DNA of 52,512 bases from a virus (taxonomy: Duplodnaviria; Caudoviricetes): IMG/VR virus record IMGVR_UViG_3300021368_000894, positions 1 to 52,512 of that record, one strand, 5' to 3'. Below, piece after piece: positions 35,201 through 46,100 of the stretch. The notes under the pieces were generated by a model that saw only the letters and a list, made by a program, of their open reading frames with translations, was not told the DNA's origin and searched no databases. Position numbers and translations under genes: made by a program. Positions within the stretch are counted from its first letter, which is position 1, and each line of letters opens with the position of its first letter.

Positions 35201-38200
35201 AGCAGACCAGTTGCATAGAACTTAGTTTCTGCGAAGGTCTCTACGATTGCCTTATCTGCATTGGTGCTGCTAGATGTAAATCTGAGAGTCTTCTCACCAG
35301 TAGTGATTTTGACTTCTTCAGAACTTGCATCATAGGAAACAGTCTCTGCATCACCTGTCCATTGTGCTGCTTGACGTGGTGCCTTACCAGCAGGAATTAG
35401 GATGATGCCACTTGCATTACCATTTGCATCAGTAATGATAGGAGCATTGAATGTAGACAGAGAGTTGCCAGGGATTCCAGTGAATCTGATATCAGGAACA
35501 ACCCAACGGTTGATCTTCTTGCCTTCTAGGAATACAAATACTTCAGTCTTGGGTTTCAGTCTACGGATGTTGAACTTAACAGGAATGCTACGAGCAAAAT
35601 ACTGCAAGGAGTTGACAATAGACTTGCCACCACTTGTCTTAGTAGATACGCCCTTAGGAGTTTCGTTGTTCTGTGGACTGATGTTAGAAGAACTTGCAAC
35701 AGATGCAGGTGTTACCTCTTCTGCAACAATCTCATCATTCGTCTTAGACAGACCGTTGATATTATAGAAAGATCTCTCGGTTCCATTCCATGTTACGAGG
35801 AATGAGTTATACAGACTGCTGAATGCAGACGAGATATCATCCTTAGCAAGGAAAGGAACAAACAGGTTGGTGTTGTTATCTGTTACCAGAGGAACAGTGT
35901 TTCTGTCATACCAGGAATCAACATTAGGATCTACAGCAAGATCACCAACATACTGGAGAACAACAAATGGGTTTGGATTGATAGTCTTGGTAGCAAAGTT
36001 ATTACCAAGTAGTCTCTGGTTTGTGAATGGCAGAGAAAGAACACCATTGTTGTTTACATAACCAGCAACTCGTCTCTGGTCTTCTCTGGTGTTGACTTCT
36101 TTGACGAGGAGACTCTCTTCACTAACTTGTGGTCTCAAAACAGACTGCTGAGAATCGATAGCACAAGAGTAGTCAATAGACTTGACATCTCCCTTATGTG
36201 TTTCAAAGTTATCAACATAGAAACCAGTCTTAAATCTGTCTAGACCAATCTCATCCTGAACTTGCATATTCAATGCTTGCTGCTCAAGGATGCTTAGTGA
36301 TGTGTAATACTCAAGACGCTCGACACGTTGATTGAGTTTACCGATGTCCTTCATCGTGTAACGCTTGTTCTCTACAGGAACAATTCTTACATCTCTATAA
36401 CTATCGGTGTATGCAGGAACATACAGATAGAACAAAGGAATAGAATCACTAAGCGTCTCGGGTCTAGATGGGTTCAGTGAAGAGTTGCCCTTCTTGACAA
36501 TGAAACTACCTTGAGTGTTCAGGAATACACCATCAATTCTGTCCAGATACTGATCCTTGTTATACTTAACAGTCCAAGGTAGATTTGCATCATCAGATGG
36601 TGTGCTGGATGGAATACCAGAGGTTGCAGTGAATGACAGATATTCGTTCTGTGCAAGGAAGGATCTATCCTGATATCCAGGAAGGATGTTTGTGTTGTCA
36701 ACCTTAGGTCTGAAGTCAATGACATCCTTGAGGGATACCAGACCACTGACAGAAGAGTTGAATGTAGGAATCTCAGTCTCGGTAACACCTGCTTCATGCA
36801 GATAAGAGTCAATGGTGCAGAAGTCACCTTGTGAATGCTCGAAGTAATCGAATGCAATGATCAACTGTCCTGTAGGAGCAGATACTCCTGGTTTCAGAAC
36901 TAGTCTTGCAGTATCATAGAAAGTATCTCTTTGACCATTGTCGAAAGTATACTTATCAGTTACATCTACTCCAGAAACTAAGTTACCACCTGCATCTACA
37001 GTAGGAGGTGCAGATACAGAACCTTCATAGACATATCTCAGTTTGTATACGTCAGAATAAGAGACGATCTGGATAGTCTCACCACCGTTCTCTTGTCCTC
37101 TAAATGGAACAATATTTGTTCCACCAGACTGAACAATAATTTGCTTGTTTTCAACAGAAGTCTTCAGTCTTGGTTTTGCCTTAGATACCTGCAGTGTAGC
37201 AGTCAACTTCAATGTTGGGAAGTTGATAGCAGGAACATCGAATGTAGGATCTCCTACCTCTGGATTAGCAACTCTATTCTCTAGTGCTGCTCTAATTTGG
37301 TCAATGTTGCCAAAGTAGTTCTCTGGGAAGTTAATGGTAACACTACCAGCAGTCAGGTTGCTATCAGACTGCTCAATGGTTACAAATGAAGGGTCAATGT
37401 ATACAACGTCACCCTTCTTCAGTGCTCCTGTGAATGGAAGCAAGACAGGAGGATCATTGACAGGATCTGCTGCTGGTTCGGAATCGTGAATTGCAACACC
37501 AGGATCGAGAACAGTAATCAAGAAGTTTTCTTGAGTGAACTCAGCAAATCTCTGTGTTCCGAATGGGAGTTGTGCAGCAAACGTTAGGTTACCGCTACCA
37601 GAAGATGCAGTAGTAATGAAGTCTCTTCTAAAGTAGTAAGTGATCTTAGAATCTTCAGATGAATCAATCAGTGACTTGATCTGCTTATCGCCTGTTGGGA
37701 ATACTAGAGTTCCTACTGGATTCTCGATAAGAGGTCTCTGGTTTACAACAGATGCATTGACAACATCTGCTTGCAGAGTGCGATCTAGATAGATTCTTGA
37801 TCTCTTGACGCCATCAGGTCTAGTTGCATATTGAACAACATACTTGTATACATTGCCATCAACGTCGGAGAACTGAACGAGGTCGCCTTGGACAAGATTT
37901 CTCGATGCATCACCATTGAAACCATTACACTCAATGAACTTGTATCCTCTGGTTCCAGAGAATGTAAAGTCGGTGATAGAAGTAGTTGTGGTATAACCAG
38001 TTCTCTCTAGTTCGATGTCAGCAGAGAACTTGTTCTTGCTACCAGAACCAAAAGCAGAATACAGAGACTTGACGTTCTTAGGTGAGTAAGTATATACTGT
38101 ATTCCTAAAGAGAACAGGAACAATTGTTGCTGTGTTCAGTGGAAGTGGAGTAACGCCACCAATTTCTACTACAGGTGGTTGTGAGAAAATTTGTGTAACT

Positions 38201-40563
38201 GCTGTCCTGTCTTTGACAAATACTCTAGAGATAGCACCAGACCCTTGAATTACCATCTCAATGGCACTTCTAGGATACTCGACACCATCTAGAGAGATGA
38301 CAGGGTTTCCTACGTTGTAGGAGTCACCACGCTTGACACAGATAAAGTGAGATACGGTGTTCTCTACAGCAATCTTGAGAGTTCCACCATCTTCTCCGAG
38401 GATGGTTTCTCCAGGTGAGAATACACCAGTCACCATAGTGACAAATAGTTTATTGATAGATGAATAGGTTGCAGATGTGCCGCCTTCAATGACAGCAACT
38501 GCTCCACTAATAGCACCGTAAACATACTTACCAGGAGTGAACTCATCTCCTACAATAGTCTCTTCAAGAAGAAGACGAGTGAAGAACTCAGGAGCAAAGA
38601 ATGAGAAGTCGAAGATAGAGTTATACTTTTCGACACCACCAGTCAGTTTGCCCTTAGAAATGATCTTGTCAGTGTCCTGGTTGAAACCAGAACTTACTTC
38701 CTTAAGTGCAATGTTCTTTGGTTTTGCCAGACCTACAATAGGTGTAATAGATTCGTTGTAATCTCTAATATTAAATAGAGGAGAGTTTCTTGTTTGAACT
38801 TCAACCTCAGTCTTATACAGTTCACGAATAAGGTTGACAGAATCTGTTAGATCATAATCAACTAAGAATAAATCTAGTTCACCACGATTACCCTTAACAG
38901 TCAGTTCAATATATGTTGCTGCTCCAGTTCCATCAATCTCAGGTCTTCTAACTTTAGAGAAAGAAAGAACATCAACATATGAATAAGTATTAGTATTTCC
39001 ACCGTCAGAACGAGTCTTGATGAACCACAGTCTAGAAATAGTTGACTCTAAGAAAGCATCAGTAAAACTATCTGCATTGTAAGCAGTATCTTCAATAGAA
39101 CAGTAGATAGTTTTGATGCCATCAGTTACTTCATATCCCAATCCACGGCGATCAATAGTCTGCTTAACGTCAGCATCTGCTTCAGTATCATTCAAACCTA
39201 CAGTACCATCATTATATACAGAGTTCAAGAATACAGTAGGATATGCATTCAGTTCTGCACCTTCTGAGTTTAAAGGTGTAGTGCCATATACATTAGTAAT
39301 ATAGAATGAAGTCAGACCAGATGTCTTAAGAGTTTGATTTTCTCTCTTAAGTGTATCTCTTGCTTTGTCAATATCAATATACTTGGTCTCTTTGTTCTTG
39401 ACCTCATATCCTTTGATGTATGCTTTACCAGCACCAATAGTTCCTACTAGTTTTGCTTCAGCAGTATTAGGGTCTAAACCATTAACAAGATCGTTGTCAT
39501 CCTTAGTATAGAATCCAAGGTTATCATTTTGTTGGTAGTATTCTCTAACTTGCAGAGGGAATGGTTCTACAACATAGTCGCCAGACTCATCAAAAGTCTT
39601 TTTAGCAAGTGCTGCTTCAACCAAAGAGAAGTCATTCGCTTTGAGTTGCTTCTGAATGACACCACTCTTGACGAGCAGTAGTTGGATGAAGTTCCTATCA
39701 GTTAGAGCAAAGTATTCATACTTGACCAGTTCAAGATCAATCTTGAGACGATGTGCTCCAGGTGCAGAGAAGTTAGAGAAACCTCTTGCGTTGTCATATA
39801 GAGATGAATCTTGTTCTGGTGTTACCAGACTTTCAGAAATTTTAAAACCAACCTTAGCGGATGGTTGATCGTAGTATTTGTTAATAACGAGCAGTTGCTC
39901 GGAGTTTCTTACAAAATATCCATTCACAAAATAAATACCTTCTTCTACTTTAACAGCAGAAGCATACCCCATTGCAGGACTGTCTAAGAAAGACTCTACG
40001 CCTGTATCAGGATCGGTTACAGTGATTGATGTAGGCAGAGAGACCCCATCAGTTCCAACGACCAACAGAGGAGAGTTGACGCCCCCGACAACCTCCAATG
40101 TTTCGCCTTGACGGAATCTCTCTTCATCACCAGATGCACCACTATCCAGGTAGTTAACGTAGATAGTGTCAGATTCTGTATCAGAACCATATTCTGTTGC
40201 TACAACAGTAGCAACAACACTCGAAGAAATGCCCTGAACCTTTAGACCGACAAGGGTCTTGATGTCATACTTCTGGTAAGTAATGTTGCCATCATCATCA
40301 GTAACTGCTACTTCAGATACCGACGATAACTTAACAAAATTGAGTCTTGTGTTGAGACCTACTTCTCCAGGCACAACAAGATCGCCTTGCTTGAAGACGT
40401 TTCTACCAAAGTTTTCTAATTGAGTCTGCAGAACAGACTGGAGGGTGGTTAACTCTCTAGCCTGAACTGCATACCCTGGTCTGAATAGAACCTTATAGAA
40501 ATTTTTCTTTGGGTCAAAGTCTTCAAAGTAAGGCGATGTATTTAAGTTAGTATTCTGGGGCAT
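32290..40563 (-). CDS. Large structural protein, VrlC/DUF4815-like (2757 aa)
   Basis: NLN.SPYF.DF...KNFYKVLFRPG..VQARELT.LQS.LQ; APGAHRLKI; DESGDYVV; KRYTMKDIG.L..R..RLEYYTSL; PLAQTF; follows gp8. Confidence 0.88.
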   Translation of the reverse strand: MPQNTNLNTSPYFEDFDPKKNFYKVLFRPGYAVQARELTTLQSVLQTQLENFGRNVFKQGDLVVPGEVGLNTRLNFVKLSSVSEVAVTDDDGNITYQKYDIKTLVGLKVQGISSSVVATVVATEYGSDTESDTIYVNYLDSGASGDEERFRQGETLEVVGGVNSPLLVVGTDGVSLPTSITVTDPDTGVESFLDSPAMGYASAVKVEEGIYFVNGYFVRNSEQLLVINKYYDQPSAKVGFKISESLVTPEQDSSLYDNARGFSNFSAPGAHRLKIDLELVKYEYFALTDRNFIQLLLVKSGVIQKQLKANDFSLVEAALAKKTFDESGDYVVEPFPLQVREYYQQNDNLGFYTKDDNDLVNGLDPNTAEAKLVGTIGAGKAYIKGYEVKNKETKYIDIDKARDTLKRENQTLKTSGLTSFYITNVYGTTPLNSEGAELNAYPTVFLNSVYNDGTVGLNDTEADADVKQTIDRRGLGYEVTDGIKTIYCSIEDTAYNADSFTDAFLESTISRLWFIKTRSDGGNTNTYSYVDVLSFSKVRRPEIDGTGAATYIELTVKGNRGELDLFLVDYDLTDSVNLIRELYKTEVEVQTRNSPLFNIRDYNESITPIVGLAKPKNIALKEVSSGFNQDTDKIISKGKLTGGVEKYNSIFDFSFFAPEFFTRLLLEETIVGDEFTPGKYVYGAISGAVAVIEGGTSATYSSINKLFVTMVTGVFSPGETILGEDGGTLKIAVENTVSHFICVKRGDSYNVGNPVISLDGVEYPRSAIEMVIQGSGAISRVFVKDRTAVTQIFSQPPVVEIGGVTPLPLNTATIVPVLFRNTVYTYSPKNVKSLYSAFGSGSKNKFSADIELERTGYTTTTSITDFTFSGTRGYKFIECNGFNGDASRNLVQGDLVQFSDVDGNVYKYVVQYATRPDGVKRSRIYLDRTLQADVVNASVVNQRPLIENPVGTLVFPTGDKQIKSLIDSSEDSKITYYFRRDFITTASSGSGNLTFAAQLPFGTQRFAEFTQENFLITVLDPGVAIHDSEPAADPVNDPPVLLPFTGALKKGDVVYIDPSFVTIEQSDSNLTAGSVTINFPENYFGNIDQIRAALENRVANPEVGDPTFDVPAINFPTLKLTATLQVSKAKPRLKTSVENKQIIVQSGGTNIVPFRGQENGGETIQIVSYSDVYKLRYVYEGSVSAPPTVDAGGNLVSGVDVTDKYTFDNGQRDTFYDTARLVLKPGVSAPTGQLIIAFDYFEHSQGDFCTIDSYLHEAGVTETEIPTFNSSVSGLVSLKDVIDFRPKVDNTNILPGYQDRSFLAQNEYLSFTATSGIPSSTPSDDANLPWTVKYNKDQYLDRIDGVFLNTQGSFIVKKGNSSLNPSRPETLSDSIPLFYLYVPAYTDSYRDVRIVPVENKRYTMKDIGKLNQRVERLEYYTSLSILEQQALNMQVQDEIGLDRFKTGFYVDNFETHKGDVKSIDYSCAIDSQQSVLRPQVSEESLLVKEVNTREDQRRVAGYVNNNGVLSLPFTNQRLLGNNFATKTINPNPFVVLQYVGDLAVDPNVDSWYDRNTVPLVTDNNTNLFVPFLAKDDISSAFSSLYNSFLVTWNGTERSFYNINGLSKTNDEIVAEEVTPASVASSSNISPQNNETPKGVSTKTSGGKSIVNSLQYFARSIPVKFNIRRLKPKTEVFVFLEGKKINRWVVPDIRFTGIPGNSLSTFNAPIITDANGNASGIILIPAGKAPRQAAQWTGDAETVSYDASSEEVKITTGEKTLRFTSSSTNADKAIVETFAETKFYATGLLPENPASIVSTKPAYFKSNEGTQLVSSNTEQEQKPNPLAQTFKVENYEGGVFTTGVDLFLSTKSDTIPLRVYLTDVNSEKPGKNVVPGTEVVVEPYTYLKVYVSDTVTILKDEIISGESSNASGPVLKVLDKNNNELAISEDNEIVLTNEQVYTVVLDNNNGISFVPDERLKISSITTFNNANNTEITARIAKDSGVVSGLKVTNAGDNYDTATITVESPSLPGGSNATGTVVVSGGLIYDSTITLAGRGYTEPPSIVIRGTGLGNGGAVIEAEIEITEPAVRMGVATDTTGVVPSTTPTKFHFDYPVYLQNNTEYALVVETDSQDYSIWASKLGETEIATNTTVTTNPSLGSVYKSQNTGSWVEDLFEDIKFTLYRAEFDISSNATIDITNQSLGYEKMVNDPLETYAFANANATSELFKNNNNIIKVNHKNHGFEDGSSYVFFKNLETTAGFTQGALNTTLFKVSNCGVDTFCVSGIGRAADTVFGGGASGLITSNKKYERVLAQFSYIQSPSTNIDTSIKTTNVVPVDSNTENYTSYSVADFERTFLNEEQFFINQKVVASDINTLLNNLGNSLVYRLTLSSTKSYLSPILDLKTSSIKLSSNRIENASGKENRYGKRYQVIEFYPVYRLTLSGNLDGNSNPIVINVGQTVEGIGNDAQNIQASGSRGEVVKYRNSDNTIFVKVKNNNVFKANEQLFFSLQSQESGALESNTVVVSAAGAIKVNPSFSFGQLVTGINPSNTTEKYDNLINGTVRIWDVPSQTLTLENDKQPINSDYSSASGTGSFIRTQQVADQSADIFRVGDLVSWSNLGAGDERYYEVKKMTFSDGVDFVSEDSAKDTSSVAKYTTKEISLTQGATAIDVIITANVTDSENIQLAYKTKTTSVQKKFEDIEWELFNGTGFEDTPKLATPQNTISAQKEEQTSYQEFRYTVDNLDEFTSFGVKISMKTDDPSYVPKIQDIRVVASV

Positions 40564-40586
40564 TGTGTATTACTAACATTCTGATT

Positions 40587-40614
40587 TTCCTAACCTTATT
40601 TAGCAGGTTAGGAA
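40587..40614 (-). promoter_or_regulatory. Late promoter CTAAATA (40597-40603) in the loop of a perfect 10-bp inverted repeat
   Basis: The plus strand reads TTCCTAACCT-tatttagc-AGGTTAGGAA, in the intergenic gap between gp8 and the VrlC-like gene. Confidence 0.75.
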
Positions 40615-40618
40615 TAGA

Positions 40619-42523
40619 TCAGAACTCAATTACCAACTTAATGTCTTCAATTTGGTCAGCAGCACGGGTGATCAATCTTCTGTTCTCAACATAGATGATA
40701 TCACCGGAGTTAGGTTCAATCTCAGGAACACCGAAACCATTGGTGAATGATACACCAAGTAGTGTGGTTGCAGTAGTCGTAGCGTCAGGTGAACCAGCAG
40801 ACAGCGAAGCAGCACCAGTGATAGGAGTGCCTGCCTCGAAAGGTCTTACAACACCATTATCAGAGTGGAGATCAGGTGACTGGATATACTTAAGAACACC
40901 CTCAGTGGTTGAACCAGAATCCAGGGTCCAGGAAACAACGGTGCCGCGAGCGGTGCCTCCACCTGCAAGAGGTTGAGTGATTACTTCGTCCTGAACGTAA
41001 TCAGTTCCACCAGTACCAGAAATCTTAACAGCAAAGAGACCGTTGAGAGTGTCTAATGTTGCGAAATCAGTTGTACCCCAGTTGAATGGGTCCTTGATGA
41101 TGCCGATACGACGGAAGTCGTTGTCAACAGGGAAGTCGCCAGAACCTTCTGCATAGGTCAGACGGATGTTCGTCATAACGCGCTTAGCGTTAAGTTCCAG
41201 TTCAAAGTCAGAACCGTGACCACCTTGAGGAGGAAGAATAGGCTCAAGTGCGCCAGTTCCAGTAACACCAGTACGTGCAGTAGTTAGTGCTTGATCCGCA
41301 TAGAGACCATACTTCAGACCACCAACAGTTGCACCGTCGTCAAGTGCGATAGAAGCATAGGTGTAACCTGCACCAACAGTAACCATCTTAACGGAATCGA
41401 TTGTTCCGCCGCTAACTACGATCTCAGCAACTGCTTCAGTTCCAGAAACTTGTCCATCACCCAAGACAGGTGCGTAGTGAGTTCCGTTTGGAAGACCGGA
41501 TCCAAGATCTTCAATCAAGCAGATGTCAATAGCACCATCAACAGCAAGTGCTTCAGTTGCTGCACGAGTTGATTCTGCAGTTGAATAAGGAGTTGCGCCA
41601 AGGTTAATTGGCATGAAGTTGGTAGAAAGGAATCTCAGAACATCATCGGTTGGGATGGTGTACATGTACTTCCAGATGTAACCTGAACCAGCAGCTGCAG
41701 CGACAGTAGTATCAGCAGCTTCAGTAAAGATTCCAGTTCCTGCGGTGTAAGTTCCTTGACCTGCAGAAGGAGTAGTCTTTGGTTCATAAACTGGGTTAGG
41801 ATCAACCTGACCTGGGAACTCACCATTATAGAGACACTTAAATACTTCGTAGTTGCTGTTAACAACGTAGAACTTAGCGTCACCAATGTTGCTAGCACCA
41901 GTAGTAGATTGCTTACCTACTTGACCAGTTGTGGTTGCGGAATAATCAGGTTTCCACATATCAAAACGTGGTTCCGTTGCAAGAAGGTTCCAATCGTAAC
42001 GTGTAACAACGCTTCTCGCAAACTGATCAGTGATACGCTTAGCAGCAATAATCTCATCGTAGACATCAAACTTCTCACCTTGGTTGTCAAGAGGAGTAGG
42101 AGGAGTATCTTCTGTTGCGTAACGGTAAACTCCAGCTTTTGCTTCAGCACCAGTATCTGCTGATCCGTTCCAACCTTCTAAGGTTGCACCTGGAAGAGGA
42201 GCAGAGTTTACGGAAGGAGTTACATTACTAAGAACGAGTGAGTTATCATATACTTCTTCAATAGTAGCTCTAAATGGGGAGTTTGTCCAAGTATATGTTC
42301 CGTTGGCATCAGAAGCGACATAAACGGATTGGTTAGCGACAAAAGCAGTAGCATTCGCGGAGAAAATCTCAAGGAATGCGTCCCAGCGTTGGGGGCGACC
42401 AACGAAGAAATACATTCTAGTCTTTTCTGCGCTATCCTGACCGCCGCCTACTGGTTCGCTAAGCGACTCTAAAAATTGTTTCGCGTTAAAAATACGAAAC
42501 TTATCTGAGATGATTGCAGCCAT
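40619..42523 (-). CDS. gp8: Baseplate wedge subunit (T4 gp8-like)
   Basis: MAAIISDKFRIFNA.QFLESL, FYVVNS.Y.VFKCLYN, GYIWKYMYTI, NDFRRIGIIKDP; C-terminal IYVENR..ITRA.DQIEDIKLVIEF. Confidence 0.93.
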   Translation of the reverse strand: MAAIISDKFRIFNAKQFLESLSEPVGGGQDSAEKTRMYFFVGRPQRWDAFLEIFSANATAFVANQSVYVASDANGTYTWTNSPFRATIEEVYDNSLVLSNVTPSVNSAPLPGATLEGWNGSADTGAEAKAGVYRYATEDTPPTPLDNQGEKFDVYDEIIAAKRITDQFARSVVTRYDWNLLATEPRFDMWKPDYSATTTGQVGKQSTTGASNIGDAKFYVVNSNYEVFKCLYNGEFPGQVDPNPVYEPKTTPSAGQGTYTAGTGIFTEAADTTVAAAAGSGYIWKYMYTIPTDDVLRFLSTNFMPINLGATPYSTAESTRAATEALAVDGAIDICLIEDLGSGLPNGTHYAPVLGDGQVSGTEAVAEIVVSGGTIDSVKMVTVGAGYTYASIALDDGATVGGLKYGLYADQALTTARTGVTGTGALEPILPPQGGHGSDFELELNAKRVMTNIRLTYAEGSGDFPVDNDFRRIGIIKDPFNWGTTDFATLDTLNGLFAVKISGTGGTDYVQDEVITQPLAGGGTARGTVVSWTLDSGSTTEGVLKYIQSPDLHSDNGVVRPFEAGTPITGAASLSAGSPDATTTATTLLGVSFTNGFGVPEIEPNSGDIIYVENRRLITRAADQIEDIKLVIEF

Positions 42524-42544
42524 TATTGTTTTTCTCTGGGACGT

Positions 42545-42565
42545 TATTTATCTGATTTATTTATA
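42545..42565 (-). promoter_or_regulatory. Tandem T4-type late promoters (TATAAATA at 42558-42565, ATAAATA at 42545-42551)
   Basis: Both motifs are in the AT-rich gap upstream of gp8. Confidence 0.75.
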
Positions 42566-42581
42566 TTGATTTATTTTCAGA

Positions 42582-43112
42582 TCACTCTGGACCAGAAAAT
42601 TGCACCAACTCATCATTGTTATTTAGCGTGCTTGGTCCACTTACTACGTATCCTGTAAAAGTAGTTGCGGTTTTTTCCGTATACTTGATCAAGATTCTTG
42701 ATGAGGTGAACAACCAACCACTATCATCAAAGTTAGAAGTATTATCTACATTGATTGTAGTAGGATCAGTTGAAAGAGCAGAGAGTGGTTGAAGACCATC
42801 AGCAAAAGTTAGTCCCATCACCATTGCGGATGGTCCTATGTTAAACTTAGCTCCATTCATAGTAATGCTCGATAGACGACGTTCCTCAAAGTCTCTAATA
42901 GCAAGACTCGGAAATGCTCTAGACACATCTTCAATAATGATGTCTCCTTCAAACTTATACTTTTCAAAACTTCGGAGTTGAAATCCAGCATTTCCGCTTG
43001 TAAAAGGTTCAAAACCCTCTGGGACTCTTTGCTGGAAGTTTTCTACTAGAATAGTAGTTCCATCTCTTTTAAGAACCTCATTATAAGGTGATGCTAATTG
43101 TAATTCTGCCAT
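42582..43112 (-). CDS. Hypothetical baseplate-associated protein sharing a repeat module with gp7
   Basis: TAATG overlap with the gp7 stop. TINVDNTSNFDDSG.L......IKY..K...F matches gp7 modules such as TVYVTSTSLFPDSGLL.....VSY..K...F. Confidence 0.75.
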   Translation of the reverse strand: MAELQLASPYNEVLKRDGTTILVENFQQRVPEGFEPFTSGNAGFQLRSFEKYKFEGDIIIEDVSRAFPSLAIRDFEERRLSSITMNGAKFNIGPSAMVMGLTFADGLQPLSALSTDPTTINVDNTSNFDDSGWLFTSSRILIKYTEKTATTFTGYVVSGPSTLNNNDELVQFSGPE

Positions 43113-46100
43113 TAGTTTCTAGTCTTAATAGATGTTTGTAGGACAACAAGTTCTTCAACGAAATCAACAATACCTGTCTGTCTTGTAATTGTTACATCAG
43201 CTGGTTTTGATCTTCCATTAACAACTGGTAGGTCAACGGCAACATTGTATGTAGTAGAAGAGATTCCACCAATACTCAAGTTAACAATAGTTTCAGCATT
43301 ACCAGAAACTGTAGAGATTGCAGTTGTTCTCTTGTGTCCCTCGAACTTAGTGATTTCTGTAGCAACCTGCATTCCAGTAACAAGGTCAATTGAAATGCCA
43401 ACTTCAATTTCCGCAGAAACAGAAATCGTGCTTAGAGTATCTGACTCAATTTCAATCTGAGATTTAACTTCAACGCACTTAGCATCAGTCATACTGACAC
43501 TAGATTCACTAGTGAATGAAGTAGTGCCAACAGGTAGAACAACAACCGTATTTGGAATAGTTCTCAGATACTGACCTGCAGGATGTGCTTGTGCCTGCGT
43601 GCCTTCAGCACCTCGGGTAACGTTATAGAATCTATCTTCGAGTTTGCTTTCATAAGATACAATCTCTTTTCCAATCTGTAGCAATCCGCTGTCTGGGAAG
43701 AGAGATGTACTTGTAACGTATACAGTGTTTGCTGATGGAGACAATGGAGCATCCAAGAATGCACCAATAATATTGTAAGATTCGTCCTTAATATAAGCAA
43801 TCGGTGTATTGATTTGCTTAATTAAAGTAGAAACGATTTCATCGCTAACAGAATCTACATTTTGAGTAGTTGCAACTGACTGGACAGAATTGATCGTACA
43901 AGTAATAACCTGCTCATTGACAATAAGTCTAGTTGCAACTTCATCCATTACTGTTGGATCGAAGATCAACCACTGTTCAACTGGTGCAGTTGTAAGTTGA
44001 TCTCCAGAACTGACTGCATCTGGCCAGATGTGGTCTGTTATATCATCACCAGATACAAGATTTACAGATCCTGCAACACCAAATGTTAGAATAGAGAAGA
44101 TACTGCTGACTGCACCATCTCCACTGACGGTAACTTCTGTTTGAACAACAGATAAAGCACCACCGGCAGCAATGTCAGTCTCGATATTAAGAACTGATAG
44201 AGAATCAATGATTCTATTCTCATTTCTCTTGACAATGTATCCTCTGGTGACAACTGCTTTTGGTGGTTGAGTATAACCATGACCAGGGTCAGTTAAAACA
44301 ACATCTAAGATTTGACCATCTTTAGTAAGAACCTCAGCACGCGCACCACCACCATTTCCATCAACAGGAACAAACTTAATCTGGGGAGGAACAAAGTATT
44401 GATATGCAGTTGGTTGTAAAAGAATACCAGTATCAAAGAATAACTGAAGATCTCTCTTATTCCATGATAAGTCACTAAATCCAAGAGCACTTACTCTACC
44501 AGTAGAATCAATCTGAGTTGTAATGCTCAGACCTTCACCTCTTACGATACCATTGTAGTTGGTAACGTCAACCTTGGCAAAGTGCTCATACTTAGCAGTT
44601 TGACCTTCACCGAAGTTCCTAAGATTTGCAGTAGTTGGAATGAACTCAATTTTTCTGTATTCATTCTCTCCGTCTACAAGAACCTCATCTCCAGGTTGAA
44701 TATCAAGGAGTTGATTGAACTTAGCATAGTATGCACTATTACCAAGTTCAGAACCTCTCAACCAACCAGGAACGTCACGAACAAGAATACGACGACCTTC
44801 ATCATCCACAGAATAAGAAAGATTGACAGCGTATTCTTTATTGTCTACATTAAAGGAGATTGCATCGGAGAAATCACCTTCAATAGAAATATAAAGACCA
44901 GAAACTCTGGTATCATCAGCAACGTTTTGTGTTGGATCATATGTTAGATTTTCAAAGTCAAAGTTTTGTGCATTCAAAACCGTCATTGTGATTCTGTTTG
45001 CAACAACACCTAACTTAGATGTTCCCAAAGTAGATCCATCTGCCAACTCATCAAATCTAATTTGAGAGATTTTACCAATCATTTTTCTAGTGCCATCACT
45101 AGTGATAGTAAATAAGTTCTTAGGTCTTGATGGGTTGAACTCATTAATTCTACCCTGCCATTCTAGATACTCGGCATCACCAGCAGCAGAAGTAATCTTT
45201 CTCTCAATAGAAATGGTAATTTCATTTGTTAGAGCACAACGGTCAAAGTCATAGAAAGATAGAGTCTTGGGAACATCTCTACCATATAGAGAGATTAGTC
45301 TAACTCTATTTTGAATTGCTGGACCAGTCTCAGGAGTATACTTACTAATAGGTGATAAGAATGTAAGGTTAGGACCATTAATAATATAACTATTGGTATT
45401 TTGTAGAACACCATCAACGAATACTAAGATAAATCTATCATCAGTAATATTCTTAACTCTTCCATCAACCTCACCAAATACGAGGTATGGACCAACTCCT
45501 CTATAAGGAATTAGATTATTGTCAATTCTAAATCTATCATAACTACCAACACCATAACCATAGAAATTTTCTCTTTGATCCAATTGAACAGGAACAGGAT
45601 CAATATCATCTGCAAAGTTTCTAGGTGGTTCTGCAAATACAATAGCATCTGGTTGTGTGCCAGTTCTTCTCAGAATATAATATGCATTGCCCATTGGCGC
45701 TTCTGCAGATTCTTTTGCTTCTTGCAGAACACCATTGATAAAGATCAAGAAGTTTTCGCCAGAATCTGCCTTGACTGCGGTGCCATCTTCCCAATAAAGA
45801 TCAAACTGATCAGCAACGCCATCAAACTGAGGAGAAAGGTCCTTAAGTTTTCTTAGATATCTTGAGTTGTAAGTATCTTCTTTGAACTTAAATGCTCTAC
45901 AGATAAATGCTGCAGGATCGGTCTCATAAGTATCATCTAGGTTCTCGCCAGTTTGTGGGAACAGAGGACCAAGAGGTGCTTCACTGAATGTGATCTGGGA
46001 ACCAGAAACTCTAAATGCCTTGCCAGGTTCCTGAGCAATACCATTCAATGTGAGGAACAGTTCCTGCTCATTGTATGGTGAGTATGGAAGATTGTTCGCT

